Under the pieces are notes generated by a model, which saw nothing but the letters and a program-made list of their open reading frames with translations, had not been told where the DNA came from and made no database searches. From the NCBI GenBank assembly GCA_018822885.1, contig JAHJJA010000149.1, positions 771-64,770 on the forward strand: a DNA stretch of 64,000 nucleotides, written 5' to 3'. The stretch's first letter is position 1. Each line of letters begins with the position of its first letter. Origin of the DNA: Candidatus Omnitrophota bacterium. GTDB taxonomy: Bacteria > Omnitrophota > Gorgyraeia > Gygaellales > Profunditerraquicolaceae. The position numbers were made by a program, and so were the translations under genes. Shown here piece after piece: positions 18,701-27,852 of the stretch.

Positions 18701-18952
18701 CTATATCTCTTCGATAAACTTAATAGAGCTTCTATTTAAGATAATCGTTTTCCCAGTCCGGGGAATAAACCCCTTGATCAGCCTGAATGAGCGTTTTACG
18801 AATTCCACATTAGTGACCGGAATAAACTTTCTTTTTTCATCATTAACAAAATCCAGCATCCTCTCACCCGGGTTAATATGCACAAACCCCTTAAAGACTA
18901 CTCCGTCCGAACAAATGATGACGACATTATGCTGTTCTTTTTCCACTCTCAT
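18701..18952 (-). CDS. Small hypothetical protein (83 aa) wedged between leuD and leuB.
   Basis: The ORF exactly fills the leuD-leuB spacer (0 nt from the leuD stop, 12 nt from leuB). No recognisable domain. Confidence 0.4.
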   Translation of the reverse strand: MRVEKEQHNVVIICSDGVVFKGFVHINPGERMLDFVNDEKRKFIPVTNVEFVKRSFRLIKGFIPRTGKTIILNRSSIKFIEEI

Positions 18953-19447
18953 TTATCGGCTCCTTTTACGCGCCTTTACCCAATTCAAAAGGCCTCCGCG
19001 CTTCACTATCTCTTCTAAAAACTTAGGAAAAGCCTGCGTATTATAAACTTCGTTCTTCGTAATATTCTTTATGCTCCCTATGCTTAGATCGATCTCAAGC
19101 AAATCCCCGTCCTGAATTTTCTCCGCGTCGCCAGACTCCAAAAAAGGCAATCCGATATTGATGGCGTTTCTAAAGAAGATCGCGGCAAAACTTTTGGCGA
19201 TAACCGCAGAAACTCCGCAACCCTTGATCGCCAGCGGCGCATGCTCCCTTGAAGAACCGCAGCCAAAATTCTTTCCCGCGACAATAATATCTCCCGGCTC
19301 GACATTTTTTATAAAATCAGGGCTGATACTCTCCATGCAAAATTTACCTAACTCTTTGGCATCAGTAGATACAAGATATTTAGCCGCGATAATATCATCG
19401 GTATTTATGTCGTCAGCGAATTTGTGGGCCTTACCTTTTATAATCAT
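18953..19447 (-). CDS. leuD: 3-isopropylmalate dehydratase small subunit (short archaeal-type).
   Basis: 164 aa. HAPLAIKGCGVSAVIAKSFAAIFFRNAINIGL is the LeuD/aconitase swivel domain. Confidence 0.85.
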   Translation of the reverse strand: MIIKGKAHKFADDINTDDIIAAKYLVSTDAKELGKFCMESISPDFIKNVEPGDIIVAGKNFGCGSSREHAPLAIKGCGVSAVIAKSFAAIFFRNAINIGLPFLESGDAEKIQDGDLLEIDLSIGSIKNITKNEVYNTQAFPKFLEEIVKRGGLLNWVKARKRSR

Positions 19448-19620
19448 AGCGTTAATCGTTAATCGGTTGCGTAACTCGAATCGTTAATCGTTGATCGGTT
19501 GCGTAGCTGGAAACGTTAATCGTAAATCGTTAATCGGTTGCGTAGCTGGAAACGTTAATCGTTATACGGTACGTTAAACGTTTAACGTATGACGTTTCGA
19601 TTGACGCAACCGCAACCTTT
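19448..19620. repeat. Tandem array of about 3.5 copies of a 32-39-bp unit (CGTTAATCGTT[A/G]ATCGGTTGCGTAGCTGGAAA), followed by the perfect 18-nt palindrome ACGTTAAACGTTTAACGT. It fills the whole leuC-leuD spacer.
   Basis: Read directly. Units at 19450..19481, 19482..19513 and 19514..19552, plus a partial fourth. Palindrome at about 19571..19588. Confidence 0.7.
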
Positions 19621-20889
19621 TTAACCGATCTTTTCAGGGTGCGTGATTTTACCTGTAATCGCTGAAGCTGCGGCGACAGCAGGATTCGATAGATACACAA
19701 ATGACTTGGGGCTTCCCATCCTGCCTACGAAATTTCGGTTAGTGGTAGCAATAGCGACCTCACCTTCAGCTAAAATACCCATATGGCCTCCCAGGCAAGG
19801 CCCGCAAGTAGGAGTCGAGAATATTCCGCCCGCCTTAACGAAAATCTGCGCCCAACCCTCATCCACGCACTCTAAATATATCTTTTGCGTCGCGGGGATC
19901 ACGATCAACTTCACTCCCGCAGCGACCTTCTTTCCTTTAAGTATTTTTGCTGCCATACGCAGGTCGGAAATCCTGCCATTGGTACAAGAACCAATGACTA
20001 CCTGATCCACTTTTATATCTTTTAATTCACCTACCGGCTTGACATTGCTCGGCAAATGCGGACAAGCTACCTGCGGCTCCAGGCCCGTGACATCCCATTC
20101 ATAAATCTTTTCGTAATCAGCTTCGGGATCAGATCTTAAATTTCTTGCTTTTGATTTATATTTTTGGTTTTGCTGTACATATTTCAGGGTGATCTCATCC
20201 GGCTCAATGATCCCCGCGCGCCCGCCTGCCTCAATAGCCATATTACTCATTGAAAACCGGCCATCCATCGCGAGCTTTTTAATCACAGGGCCGCTAAACT
20301 CCATTACCTTATATAAGGCGCCGTCAACTCCGATCTGTCCGATAGTAAACAAAATCAGGTCCTTGCCCCCTACCCACTTTCCCGGCTTTCCCTTATAAAC
20401 AAACTTGATCGTTGCCGGCACCTTCATCCAGAATTTTCCGTCGGCAAAAGCGCGCGCCAGATCAGTAGAACCTACGCCTGTAGAATATGCCCCTAGGGCG
20501 CCATAAGTACAGGTATGAGAATCAGCCCCAATGATCATATCCCCAGGGCCGACAAGACCCAGCTCGGGCAAAAGCGCATGCTCAATTCCCATGCGGCCGA
20601 CTTCAAAATAGTTTTTTATTTTTTGCTCATTAGCGAAATCTGCGAGGATCTTACATTGATTGGCGCTCTTTAAATCTTTTGCAGGAGCAAAGTGGTCCGG
20701 GACAAGCGCGATTATATTTCTGTTAAAAACTGTCTTAAAACCGGCTTTCTTAAACTCGGAAATCGCTATCGGCGCGGTGATGTCATTACCGAGAGCGAGG
20801 TCGACATCGACTTCGATAAATTCTCCAGGCTTGACACTCTTTAAGCCGGAATGCGCCATTATTATCTTTTCCGCGATTGTGTAAGGCAT
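19621..20889 (-). CDS. leuC: 3-isopropylmalate dehydratase large subunit (archaeal-type, about 420 aa).
   Basis: Aconitase-family catalytic domain with Fe-S ligand cysteines (CTNGR, TCGPCLG). Confidence 0.85.
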   Translation of the reverse strand: MPYTIAEKIIMAHSGLKSVKPGEFIEVDVDLALGNDITAPIAISEFKKAGFKTVFNRNIIALVPDHFAPAKDLKSANQCKILADFANEQKIKNYFEVGRMGIEHALLPELGLVGPGDMIIGADSHTCTYGALGAYSTGVGSTDLARAFADGKFWMKVPATIKFVYKGKPGKWVGGKDLILFTIGQIGVDGALYKVMEFSGPVIKKLAMDGRFSMSNMAIEAGGRAGIIEPDEITLKYVQQNQKYKSKARNLRSDPEADYEKIYEWDVTGLEPQVACPHLPSNVKPVGELKDIKVDQVVIGSCTNGRISDLRMAAKILKGKKVAAGVKLIVIPATQKIYLECVDEGWAQIFVKAGGIFSTPTCGPCLGGHMGILAEGEVAIATTNRNFVGRMGSPKSFVYLSNPAVAAASAITGKITHPEKIG

Positions 20890-20902
20890 TTTTTGGCTTA
20901 GG

Positions 20903-22150
20903 TTAACCCTTGAATTTCTTGACGATCAGCGTTGCGTTGTGCCCGCCGAAGCCTAAAGAATTGGACATACACACTTCAAGGCTCATCTTACGGGCTGTAT
21001 TCGGAACATAATCGAGGTCGCACTCTGGATCGGGGTATTCGTAATTTATGGTAGGGGGAACAACGCCATCCTGTAAAGCCAGGCAGCAAACCACAAACTC
21101 TACTCCTCCGGCAGCTCCCAGCAGATGACCAGTCATGGATTTCGTAGAAGAGACTGCTACCTTCTTCGCATAGTCTCCCATTGCCCTCTTTATCGCCAAG
21201 GTCTCAAGCTTATCATTCAACTTGGTCGAGGTGCCATGCGCATTAATATAATCGACATCCTGCGGATTCAAATGCGAATCCTTTAAAGCAAGATTCATCG
21301 CGCGGGAAGCGCCATCGCCTTGAGGGTCCGGCGCAGTCATGTGATAAGCATCACAAGTCATACCATAACCTACGATTTCAGCCAAGATCTTGGCGTTTCT
21401 CTTCTTAGCGTGATCCAATGTCTCTAAGACTACTAAACCGCAACCTTCAGCCATTATAAAACCATCCCGCTCCTTATCAAACGGACGCGAGGCTTTTTGC
21501 GGTTCATTATTCCTCATAGAAAGCCCTTTAAGGGCGCAGAAACCTCCCACTCCGGTAGCTACAATACAGCTTTCAGTACCGCCGGCGACCATAACATCCG
21601 CGTCTCCGCGTTCCAAAATCCTAAACGCTTCTCCTATCGAATGTGAACCGGAAGCGCAGGCAGTAGCAACGCATGAATTCGGACCTTTTAAACCATAAAC
21701 AATACCAACCTGCCCTGCTGCTTCATTCACAATTAACATAGGAATCAGAAAAGGGGAAAGCCGGGATGGGCCCTTATTCAAGTATATCTTGTGCTGCTCC
21801 TCTATCGTATGCAGGCTTCCGATACCGGAACCGATTAAAGCCCCTATGCGCTCCCTGTCTTCTTTTGCTAGATCTAAACCGGATTGAGTAATCGCCTGTT
21901 TCGCGCTAGCTACGGCAAATTGCACAAATTGGTCCATGCGCTTGGTATCTTTGTGAGTCAAGCCATATAAGGCCGGATCAAAACCCTTGACTTCTCCGGC
22001 AATACGCGAGTCAAAACCAGCCGGGTCAAAATAGGTTATCGGCCCCACTCCGCTCTTTCCCTCTTTGATTGCCTGCCAAAAGCTGGAGACATCATTTCCA
22101 ACAGGAGAAATTATACCTAAACCCGTGACTACTACTCTATTTTCTTGCAT
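20903..22150 (-). CDS. fabF: Beta-ketoacyl-ACP synthase II.
   Basis: Active-site Cys in a GPNSCVATACASG context, with HAHGTSTKLND and GHLLGAAG motifs. 415 aa. Confidence 0.9.
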   Translation of the reverse strand: MQENRVVVTGLGIISPVGNDVSSFWQAIKEGKSGVGPITYFDPAGFDSRIAGEVKGFDPALYGLTHKDTKRMDQFVQFAVASAKQAITQSGLDLAKEDRERIGALIGSGIGSLHTIEEQHKIYLNKGPSRLSPFLIPMLIVNEAAGQVGIVYGLKGPNSCVATACASGSHSIGEAFRILERGDADVMVAGGTESCIVATGVGGFCALKGLSMRNNEPQKASRPFDKERDGFIMAEGCGLVVLETLDHAKKRNAKILAEIVGYGMTCDAYHMTAPDPQGDGASRAMNLALKDSHLNPQDVDYINAHGTSTKLNDKLETLAIKRAMGDYAKKVAVSSTKSMTGHLLGAAGGVEFVVCCLALQDGVVPPTINYEYPDPECDLDYVPNTARKMSLEVCMSNSLGFGGHNATLIVKKFKG

Positions 22151-22187
22151 GTCTAAAATTGGTTTTTTGATTTAAATGCCAATTACT

Positions 22188-22220
22188 AAATACCCCGCCA
22201 GTGTTTATAGCGGGGTATTT
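22188..22220 (-). promoter_or_regulatory. 11-bp-stem hairpin between acpP and fabF with no adjacent T-tract. Possibly an mRNA processing or stability element.
   Basis: AAATACCCCGC ... GCGGGGTATTT inverted repeat read directly. Confidence 0.3.
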
Positions 22221-22244
22221 TTATAGTTGAAATTAAATCATTCT

Positions 22245-22484
22245 TTATTTACTGCCGGCCTTTTCTTCGATGTACTTGACGGCGTCGCCGACTGTGGTTA
22301 TCTTCTCTGCGTCCTCATCGGGTATTTCGATCCCGAATTCCTCTTCTAAGGCCATAACCAGCTCTACGGTATCAAGGGAATCAGCGCCCAAGTCATCCAC
22401 AAAAGACGCTTCAGGAGTGACTTCCTCCGGCTTCACACCTAATTGCTCAGCTATGATTGACTTTACTTTCTCTTGCACTGCCAT
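22245..22484 (-). CDS. acpP: Acyl carrier protein.
   Basis: [20 protein letters not shown] phosphopantetheine-attachment motif. Confidence 0.9.
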   Translation of the reverse strand: MAVQEKVKSIIAEQLGVKPEEVTPEASFVDDLGADSLDTVELVMALEEEFGIEIPDEDAEKITTVGDAVKYIEEKAGSK

Positions 22485-22506
22485 TTGCTTTCCTCCTTTT
22501 AATAAA

Positions 22507-23250
22507 CTATGCCATTACCATTCCGCCGTCAACCACGATTGTCTGTCCGGTAATATAACTTGCTTCCTCCGAAGCTAAAAACAGACACACATTTGCCACA
22601 TCATCAGGGCTGCCCATCCTGTTCAACGGGATCAAAGCAAGCATTTTGTTCCTTACGTCTTCAGGAAGCTTAGCGGTCATTTCAGTTTGAATGAAACCCG
22701 GGGCAACCGCGTTGACATTTATATTACGGCTCGCGAATTCTTTTGCCGTAGTCTTTGTAAGAGCGATTATGCCTGCTTTTGAAGCTGAATAATTTGCCTG
22801 GCCGGCATTACCGATTATTCCTATTATGGAAGCGATGTTTACGATCTTGCCGTAACGCTGTTTCATCATGACACGGGACACGGCCTTTGTGCAATTGAAT
22901 GTACCTTTAAGGTTTACATTAATGACCGCATCCCAATCAGCATCACTCATTCTAAGCATCAAATTGTCTTTAGTGATGCCGGCGTTGTTAACTAATATAT
23001 CAACCTTTGTTAATTTGTCAAGGATTTTGTTTATTCCTTCTTCGACTTTAGTGAAGTTAGTAACATCCAACTCTAAAGCCAGTGATTTCCTGCCTAAAGC
23101 CTCGATCTCAAGGCATGTTTTTTCGGCATCCGCCTTGTTTATGTCAGCAACAGCTATATCAGCACCCTCCCTTGCCAAGGCAAGCGCGATCGATTTGCCG
23201 ATACCCCTGCCTGCTCCGGTGATCAAAGCGACCCTATCTTTCAGCCTCAT
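22507..23250 (-). CDS. fabG: 3-oxoacyl-ACP reductase.
   Basis: SDR family. [12 protein letters not shown] ... YSASKAG. Start set at the internal ATG, which has a GAGGTG SD. This avoids overlap with fabD. Confidence 0.85.
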   Translation of the reverse strand: MRLKDRVALITGAGRGIGKSIALALAREGADIAVADINKADAEKTCLEIEALGRKSLALELDVTNFTKVEEGINKILDKLTKVDILVNNAGITKDNLMLRMSDADWDAVINVNLKGTFNCTKAVSRVMMKQRYGKIVNIASIIGIIGNAGQANYSASKAGIIALTKTTAKEFASRNINVNAVAPGFIQTEMTAKLPEDVRNKMLALIPLNRMGSPDDVANVCLFLASEEASYITGQTIVVDGGMVMA

Positions 23251-23260
23251 AGTTTCACCT

Positions 23261-24181
23261 CTAGTTTTGCAAGTTAAGAATGTCTTCCTTCTTCTCAATA
23301 CTAACTACCTGCGCGCTTGGTTCAATGCGGCGCATAAGCCCCTTGAGCACTTTACCAGGCCCAAACTCATAGAATTTAGTTACCCCTTGAGATACTAACA
23401 ACCTTATTGATTCTTCCCATCTGACTGAAGAATACATCTGGTAAACCAGATTCTCTCTTATTTGAGCAGGCCTGTATTCCAGAGCAGCCGTATAATTACT
23501 CACTACGGGCACAACTGCCTGCCCAATAGCGATGTTCTGCAGAAAGCTCTTTAATTCTACGGACGCAGGGAACATGAGCGAAGAGTGAAACCCTCCGCTT
23601 ACCTCCAGCTCGATCACCCGCTTTGCGCCTGCTTCATTACAAAGTTTACTCGCTTCCTTAACCGCTTCGGCCTTGCCTGAAATAACGATCTGGCCCGGGG
23701 CATTGAGATTAGCGATCTCGGCTCCGCTTTTTAAACAGATCTCTTTGACCTTATTCAGATCTAGATCTAACACCGCAGCCATTTTACCGGGAAACCTGCG
23801 CGAGGCGTCATCCATTATCTCCGCCCTTCTTCTTATTAATCTTATGCCATCCTCAAAAGTAAGGCTTCCTGCTGCAATCAAAGCAGAATATTCACCTAAA
23901 CTCAAACCTGCCATAAATAAAGGTGTGACATCAGGAAATTTCACCTTAAAAGCCGCGTAAGCTGCGATTGTCGTAGCAAGAATCGCTGGCTGAGAGTTAA
24001 CCGTAAGCTTTAACACATCAGGCGCACCGGCGAAGCACATCTCTGACAAAGAAATACCCAAGATCTTATCCGCTTTATCAAAAATAGCCCTACTCTCCGG
24101 AAAGGAATCGTAAAGATCCTTTCCCATTCCTACATACTGGCTGCCCTGACCCGCGAATAGAAAAGCGGAATTATCTACCAT
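23261..24181 (-). CDS. fabD: Malonyl-CoA:ACP transacylase.
   Basis: [12 protein letters not shown] ... [10 protein letters not shown] active-site motif. Confidence 0.9.
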   Translation of the reverse strand: MVDNSAFLFAGQGSQYVGMGKDLYDSFPESRAIFDKADKILGISLSEMCFAGAPDVLKLTVNSQPAILATTIAAYAAFKVKFPDVTPLFMAGLSLGEYSALIAAGSLTFEDGIRLIRRRAEIMDDASRRFPGKMAAVLDLDLNKVKEICLKSGAEIANLNAPGQIVISGKAEAVKEASKLCNEAGAKRVIELEVSGGFHSSLMFPASVELKSFLQNIAIGQAVVPVVSNYTAALEYRPAQIRENLVYQMYSSVRWEESIRLLVSQGVTKFYEFGPGKVLKGLMRRIEPSAQVVSIEKKEDILNLQN

Positions 24182-25152
24182 TTAATAACACAAGCTCCCC
24201 AGACAAGTCCAGCACCAAAAGCATCCAGAAGAATTATATCGCCTTTTTTAACCTTGCCCTCTTTCACTGCCTCGCACAAGGCCGTAGCAGTTGAAGCCGA
24301 GGACATATTGCCGCAACGCTCTATATTTAGGTAAATCTTATCTTCAGTAAGGCCTAATTTCTTTGCAACCGCCATAATGATCCTGGCATTTGCCTGATGA
24401 GGAATGATCAGATCTACATCAGAGAATTTCAAACCAGCCCTTTCCAAAACAGTCTCTGCGGCGTGAGTCATAGACTTTACGGCGATCTTAAACAGCTCAT
24501 TTCCCTCCATCTTAATATAATGGAGATGTTGTTCTACTGTTTCCTTAGAAGCAGGGTTTCTTGAGCCTCCTGCGGGGATCTTTAAAAGTTCGCTTAATCC
24601 TCCGTCACTGCCCAAATAAGTAGCGACTATGCCTCCTTCTTTTACTTCAGACAAAACAGCGGCCGCGGCTCCGTCTCCGAATAAAACGCAAGTGCCCCTA
24701 TCTGTCCAATCAGTGACCGAAGTAAGTTTCTCGGCACCTACGACCAGGGCGTTTTCATACGTTCCGCAGGCAATGAACTGCTGGGCAACGCTTAATCCAT
24801 ACACAAAACCGGCACAGGCAGCAGAGATATCAAAACAAGCAGCTTTTTTAGCAGAGATCGCGTTTTGCAAAAGGCAGGAAACTGCCGGGAATGGCATATC
24901 AGGGGTGATAGTTGCTACGATTATCAAATCCAGGTCTTGCGCCGAAAGATTAGCCTCGGAGAGGGCCTGCTTTGCGGCTTTGATGGCAAGGTCGCTTGTA
25001 GCCTCTTCTTTTTCAGCGATATGCCGCTCTTTAATGCCTGTGCGCGTGGTGATCCACTCATCGGAAGTATCTACCATTTTCTCCAGGTCAGCGTTCGTCA
25101 ATATCTTCTCTGGCAGATACTCGCCCAGGCCTATGACCCCTACTTTTTTCAT
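24175..25152 (-). CDS. fabH: Beta-ketoacyl-ACP synthase III.
   Basis: 325 aa, active-site ACAGF, C-terminal GAGLVWGA. Confidence 0.9.
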   Translation of the reverse strand: MKKVGVIGLGEYLPEKILTNADLEKMVDTSDEWITTRTGIKERHIAEKEEATSDLAIKAAKQALSEANLSAQDLDLIIVATITPDMPFPAVSCLLQNAISAKKAACFDISAACAGFVYGLSVAQQFIACGTYENALVVGAEKLTSVTDWTDRGTCVLFGDGAAAAVLSEVKEGGIVATYLGSDGGLSELLKIPAGGSRNPASKETVEQHLHYIKMEGNELFKIAVKSMTHAAETVLERAGLKFSDVDLIIPHQANARIIMAVAKKLGLTEDKIYLNIERCGNMSSASTATALCEAVKEGKVKKGDIILLDAFGAGLVWGACVIKW

Positions 25153-26147
25153 TTAGCCGCTGTCTTTCCGAGCGTTTCCAATATCTTTGCGTTTACCTGT
25201 CGCTCTACCTCTTCTTTGGCAACACGGATAGCATTCTTTATAGCTTTAACATTAGAACGCCCGTGGCCGATGATGACAACTCCATTTACTCCCAAAAGCG
25301 GAGCTCCGCCGTATTCAGAATAATCCAGGTCCTTTTTAAAACGCTTTAGGCTTGGCATTAAAAAAAGCAGTCCTATCTTTCCCCAGAAACTGCCTAATAT
25401 ATGCCTCTTCAAAAATACCTGCATGGTTTCTGCGGCGCTTTCAGAGACTTTTAACGCTACATTACCCACAAAACCATCGCAGACCACAACATCGCATTTA
25501 CCGGAAAAAAGGTCCTTACCTTCGATGTTACCGATAAAATTCAAGGGGCTCTTTTCAAGCAGATCGAAAGTCTCTTTCATAAACTCGGTGCCCTTTGCCT
25601 CTTCCTCTCCGATATTCAACAACCCTACAATAGGATTAGTTTTATTCAAAATATTGCGGCAATAAGCATCGCCCATGATGCCGTATTGCAATAACTGCGC
25701 CGGCTTTGGGTCGATATTAGCGCCGACATCAATAATAAGCGAAGCGCCTTTTAATGTAGGGGTGACAATAGCAATGCCGGGCCTCTCAATGCCGCTCAAC
25801 ATCCCCAAACCAAGGACTGCCGCGCAGGCGACAGCACCGGTATTTCCGGCGCTAAGAAAAGCATCACCATTACCCTCTTTTACCAAGTTAACCCCGATAA
25901 CAATGGAAGAATTTCTTTTTCTTCTGACGCTTGTGGCCGCAGACTCGGACATCTCAATGACTTCTTGAGCCGGATAAACCGAGATCCTTTCGCCTTTATA
26001 TTTGGATTTTTCAAGAAGGGATTTTATCTTTACTTCATCGCCAACGAGCACTATATTCACATTATACTCTTGTGCCGCTACTATGGCTCCCTCCACGACT
26101 ACGCCGGGAGCATAATCTCCTCCCATGGCATCAACGATGATCTTCAC
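25149..26147 (-). CDS. plsX: Phosphate acyltransferase PlsX.
   Basis: MKIIVDAMGGDYAP ... canonical PlsX. Conserved position rpmF-plsX-fabH. Confidence 0.9.
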   Translation of the reverse strand: MKIIVDAMGGDYAPGVVVEGAIVAAQEYNVNIVLVGDEVKIKSLLEKSKYKGERISVYPAQEVIEMSESAATSVRRKRNSSIVIGVNLVKEGNGDAFLSAGNTGAVACAAVLGLGMLSGIERPGIAIVTPTLKGASLIIDVGANIDPKPAQLLQYGIMGDAYCRNILNKTNPIVGLLNIGEEEAKGTEFMKETFDLLEKSPLNFIGNIEGKDLFSGKCDVVVCDGFVGNVALKVSESAAETMQVFLKRHILGSFWGKIGLLFLMPSLKRFKKDLDYSEYGGAPLLGVNGVVIIGHGRSNVKAIKNAIRVAKEEVERQVNAKILETLGKTAAK

Positions 26148-26161
26148 GAAGCCTCCTGATT

Positions 26162-26362
26162 TTAACGTTTCTTTTTCTTTTCTTTGACCTTGATCTCGAT
26201 CACCTGTTTACCGTTATAATATCCGCAGGCGCCGCAGACGCGGTGAGGTAATTTAGGCTGTTTGCATTGCGGACAAGGCGCAAGGCTTGTCTTTGCTATC
26301 TTCCAATGGGTGCGGCGCTTTCTGCCGCGGGCCTTGGAATGTCTTTGTTTAGGTAATGGCAC
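26162..26362 (-). CDS. rpmF: 50S ribosomal protein L32.
   Basis: MPLPKQRHSKARGRKRRTHWK ... C..C ... C..C zinc ribbon. Confidence 0.85.
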   Translation of the reverse strand: MPLPKQRHSKARGRKRRTHWKIAKTSLAPCPQCKQPKLPHRVCGACGYYNGKQVIEIKVKEKKKKR

Positions 26363-26402
26363 TTTTTCACTCCTTTCAATCTTTTAAAGAATCTTAGTTT
26401 AG

Positions 26403-26816
26403 TTACTTTGAAGCGCAATCACACTTCGAGTCATTTAGATTTGCCCCGCATCTGGGGCAAAGGCCTTTACAATCCGAGCTGCACAAAGGATTGATCGGAT
26501 AATCAATAATGATCTCTTCCCTGATATCCGGATTCAGATCAATAACGGAAGTGGCCTTATCCACCGGATAATTCAAATCTATGCGTCTATTAAGAGCGCA
26601 ATTAAATTCCTTAAGGCAGCGGCTGCAACAACCCTGAATCGTGCCTTTTAGGCTCAAACGTACAGTAATATTATTAGTGCCCTTATATATATCAGCGCTT
26701 ATGCTTATGGGGCCACTGCCCTTGATCAACCCTGTATCAAGATCCAAGGATTCGCTGGCGATCTCTTCCGTCAGAGTAAGCCCTTCAGGAGGAATTTGTC
26801 TTACTTCGATTTTCAC
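26403..26816 (-). CDS. yceD: YceD/DUF177 family protein (large ribosomal RNA accumulation protein).
   Basis: 137 aa with a Cys-rich C-terminus, conserved upstream of rpmF. Confidence 0.7.
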   Translation of the reverse strand: MKIEVRQIPPEGLTLTEEIASESLDLDTGLIKGSGPISISADIYKGTNNITVRLSLKGTIQGCCSRCLKEFNCALNRRIDLNYPVDKATSVIDLNPDIREEIIIDYPINPLCSSDCKGLCPRCGANLNDSKCDCASK

Positions 26817-27301
26817 GGTTGAGTTTTTAGCTTCTTTTTAAGCGCCTTTTCCACAAAATCCGGGACAAAATTAGACAGATTTGCCCCCAAAGAAGCCGCC
26901 TCCTTTAAAAGCTTAGCGGAAAGATAACTGTAAGATTCATGCGGCATAAGAAAAATAGTCTCTACGTCCGGAGATAGCTTTCTATTGGTCAAGGCCATCT
27001 GAAACTCATACTCAAAATCAGAAAGCATTCTTAGGCCGCGGACCAGGACCTTTGTCTTGTGCTTATGCGCAAAATCCACTACCAGGCCGCTAAATTCGCA
27101 AACCTCCACCCCTTTCATGCCGGAAGTGGCTTTTTTAAGCATGGCCACCCTCTCCTGAACCGAAAAAAGAGGTTTTTTATGGGGATTGTGCGCCACAGCT
27201 ACAATCACATTCGAGAAGATCTCTTGAGCTCGTTTGATTATATCAATATGGCCGTAAGTAACTGGGTCGAATGTTCCGGGGTATATCGCTATTTGGCACA
27301 T
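26813..27301 (-). CDS. coaD: Phosphopantetheine adenylyltransferase.
   Basis: IAIYPGTFDPVTYGHIDII signature. Confidence 0.85.
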   Translation of the reverse strand: MCQIAIYPGTFDPVTYGHIDIIKRAQEIFSNVIVAVAHNPHKKPLFSVQERVAMLKKATSGMKGVEVCEFSGLVVDFAHKHKTKVLVRGLRMLSDFEYEFQMALTNRKLSPDVETIFLMPHESYSYLSAKLLKEAASLGANLSNFVPDFVEKALKKKLKTQP

Positions 27302-27852
27302 TGTTTTCTATAAAATGATAATGCAGTGTCTCCGTATCTGGCTTCTTTAACCAAAACGAGCTCACCGCTTTCTTTGGGTAGCTCGTCTTTCTTAGAATGT
27401 TGAGCTATAATAAAACCGCAAGGCGCTAATATATCATACGAGTTTAGGATTTGCAAGGTTTTTTTTGTCAATGATTCCGCATGCTTACTTTTATAATAAG
27501 GAGGATCGAGAAAAACAAGGTCAAACACCCTTTTTTCTTTTTTTAAGAAAGGTATTACTTTTTCAGCCGCATGAGGATATAAAAGGCAATTCCTAGGCCT
27601 AAGCAGTTCAATGTTCCTTTTTATGGCAAGCTGGCACTCCCGGTCAGATTCCGCCAGCACCAGTTCCCTTACTCCCCGAGAAAGCGCCTCAAAGCCAACT
27701 GCTCCTGAACCAGCGAACAACTCAAGAAAAGTCAAGCCCTCTACGTCGCCCAAAATATCAAAAATCGCCTTTCTTACCTTATCCTGCGTCGGCCTTATAC
27801 GCAAAGGCATCCTTAATACCCTACCCTTATATTTGCCTGTGGTGATCCTCAT
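27289..27852 (-). CDS. rsmD: 16S rRNA (guanine966-N2)-methyltransferase RsmD.
   Basis: RITTGKYKGR ... DPPY motif. Start set at the internal ATG adjacent to the upstream stop. Confidence 0.75.
   Translation of the reverse strand: MRITTGKYKGRVLRMPLRIRPTQDKVRKAIFDILGDVEGLTFLELFAGSGAVGFEALSRGVRELVLAESDRECQLAIKRNIELLRPRNCLLYPHAAEKVIPFLKKEKRVFDLVFLDPPYYKSKHAESLTKKTLQILNSYDILAPCGFIIAQHSKKDELPKESGELVLVKEARYGDTALSFYRKQCAK

Noticed and set aside
19448-19620. Possibility that the tandem repeats between leuC and leuD are a small CRISPR array.
   Set aside because: The units are directly adjacent and degenerate with no unique spacers. The array is only about 170 bp, and no cas genes are nearby.
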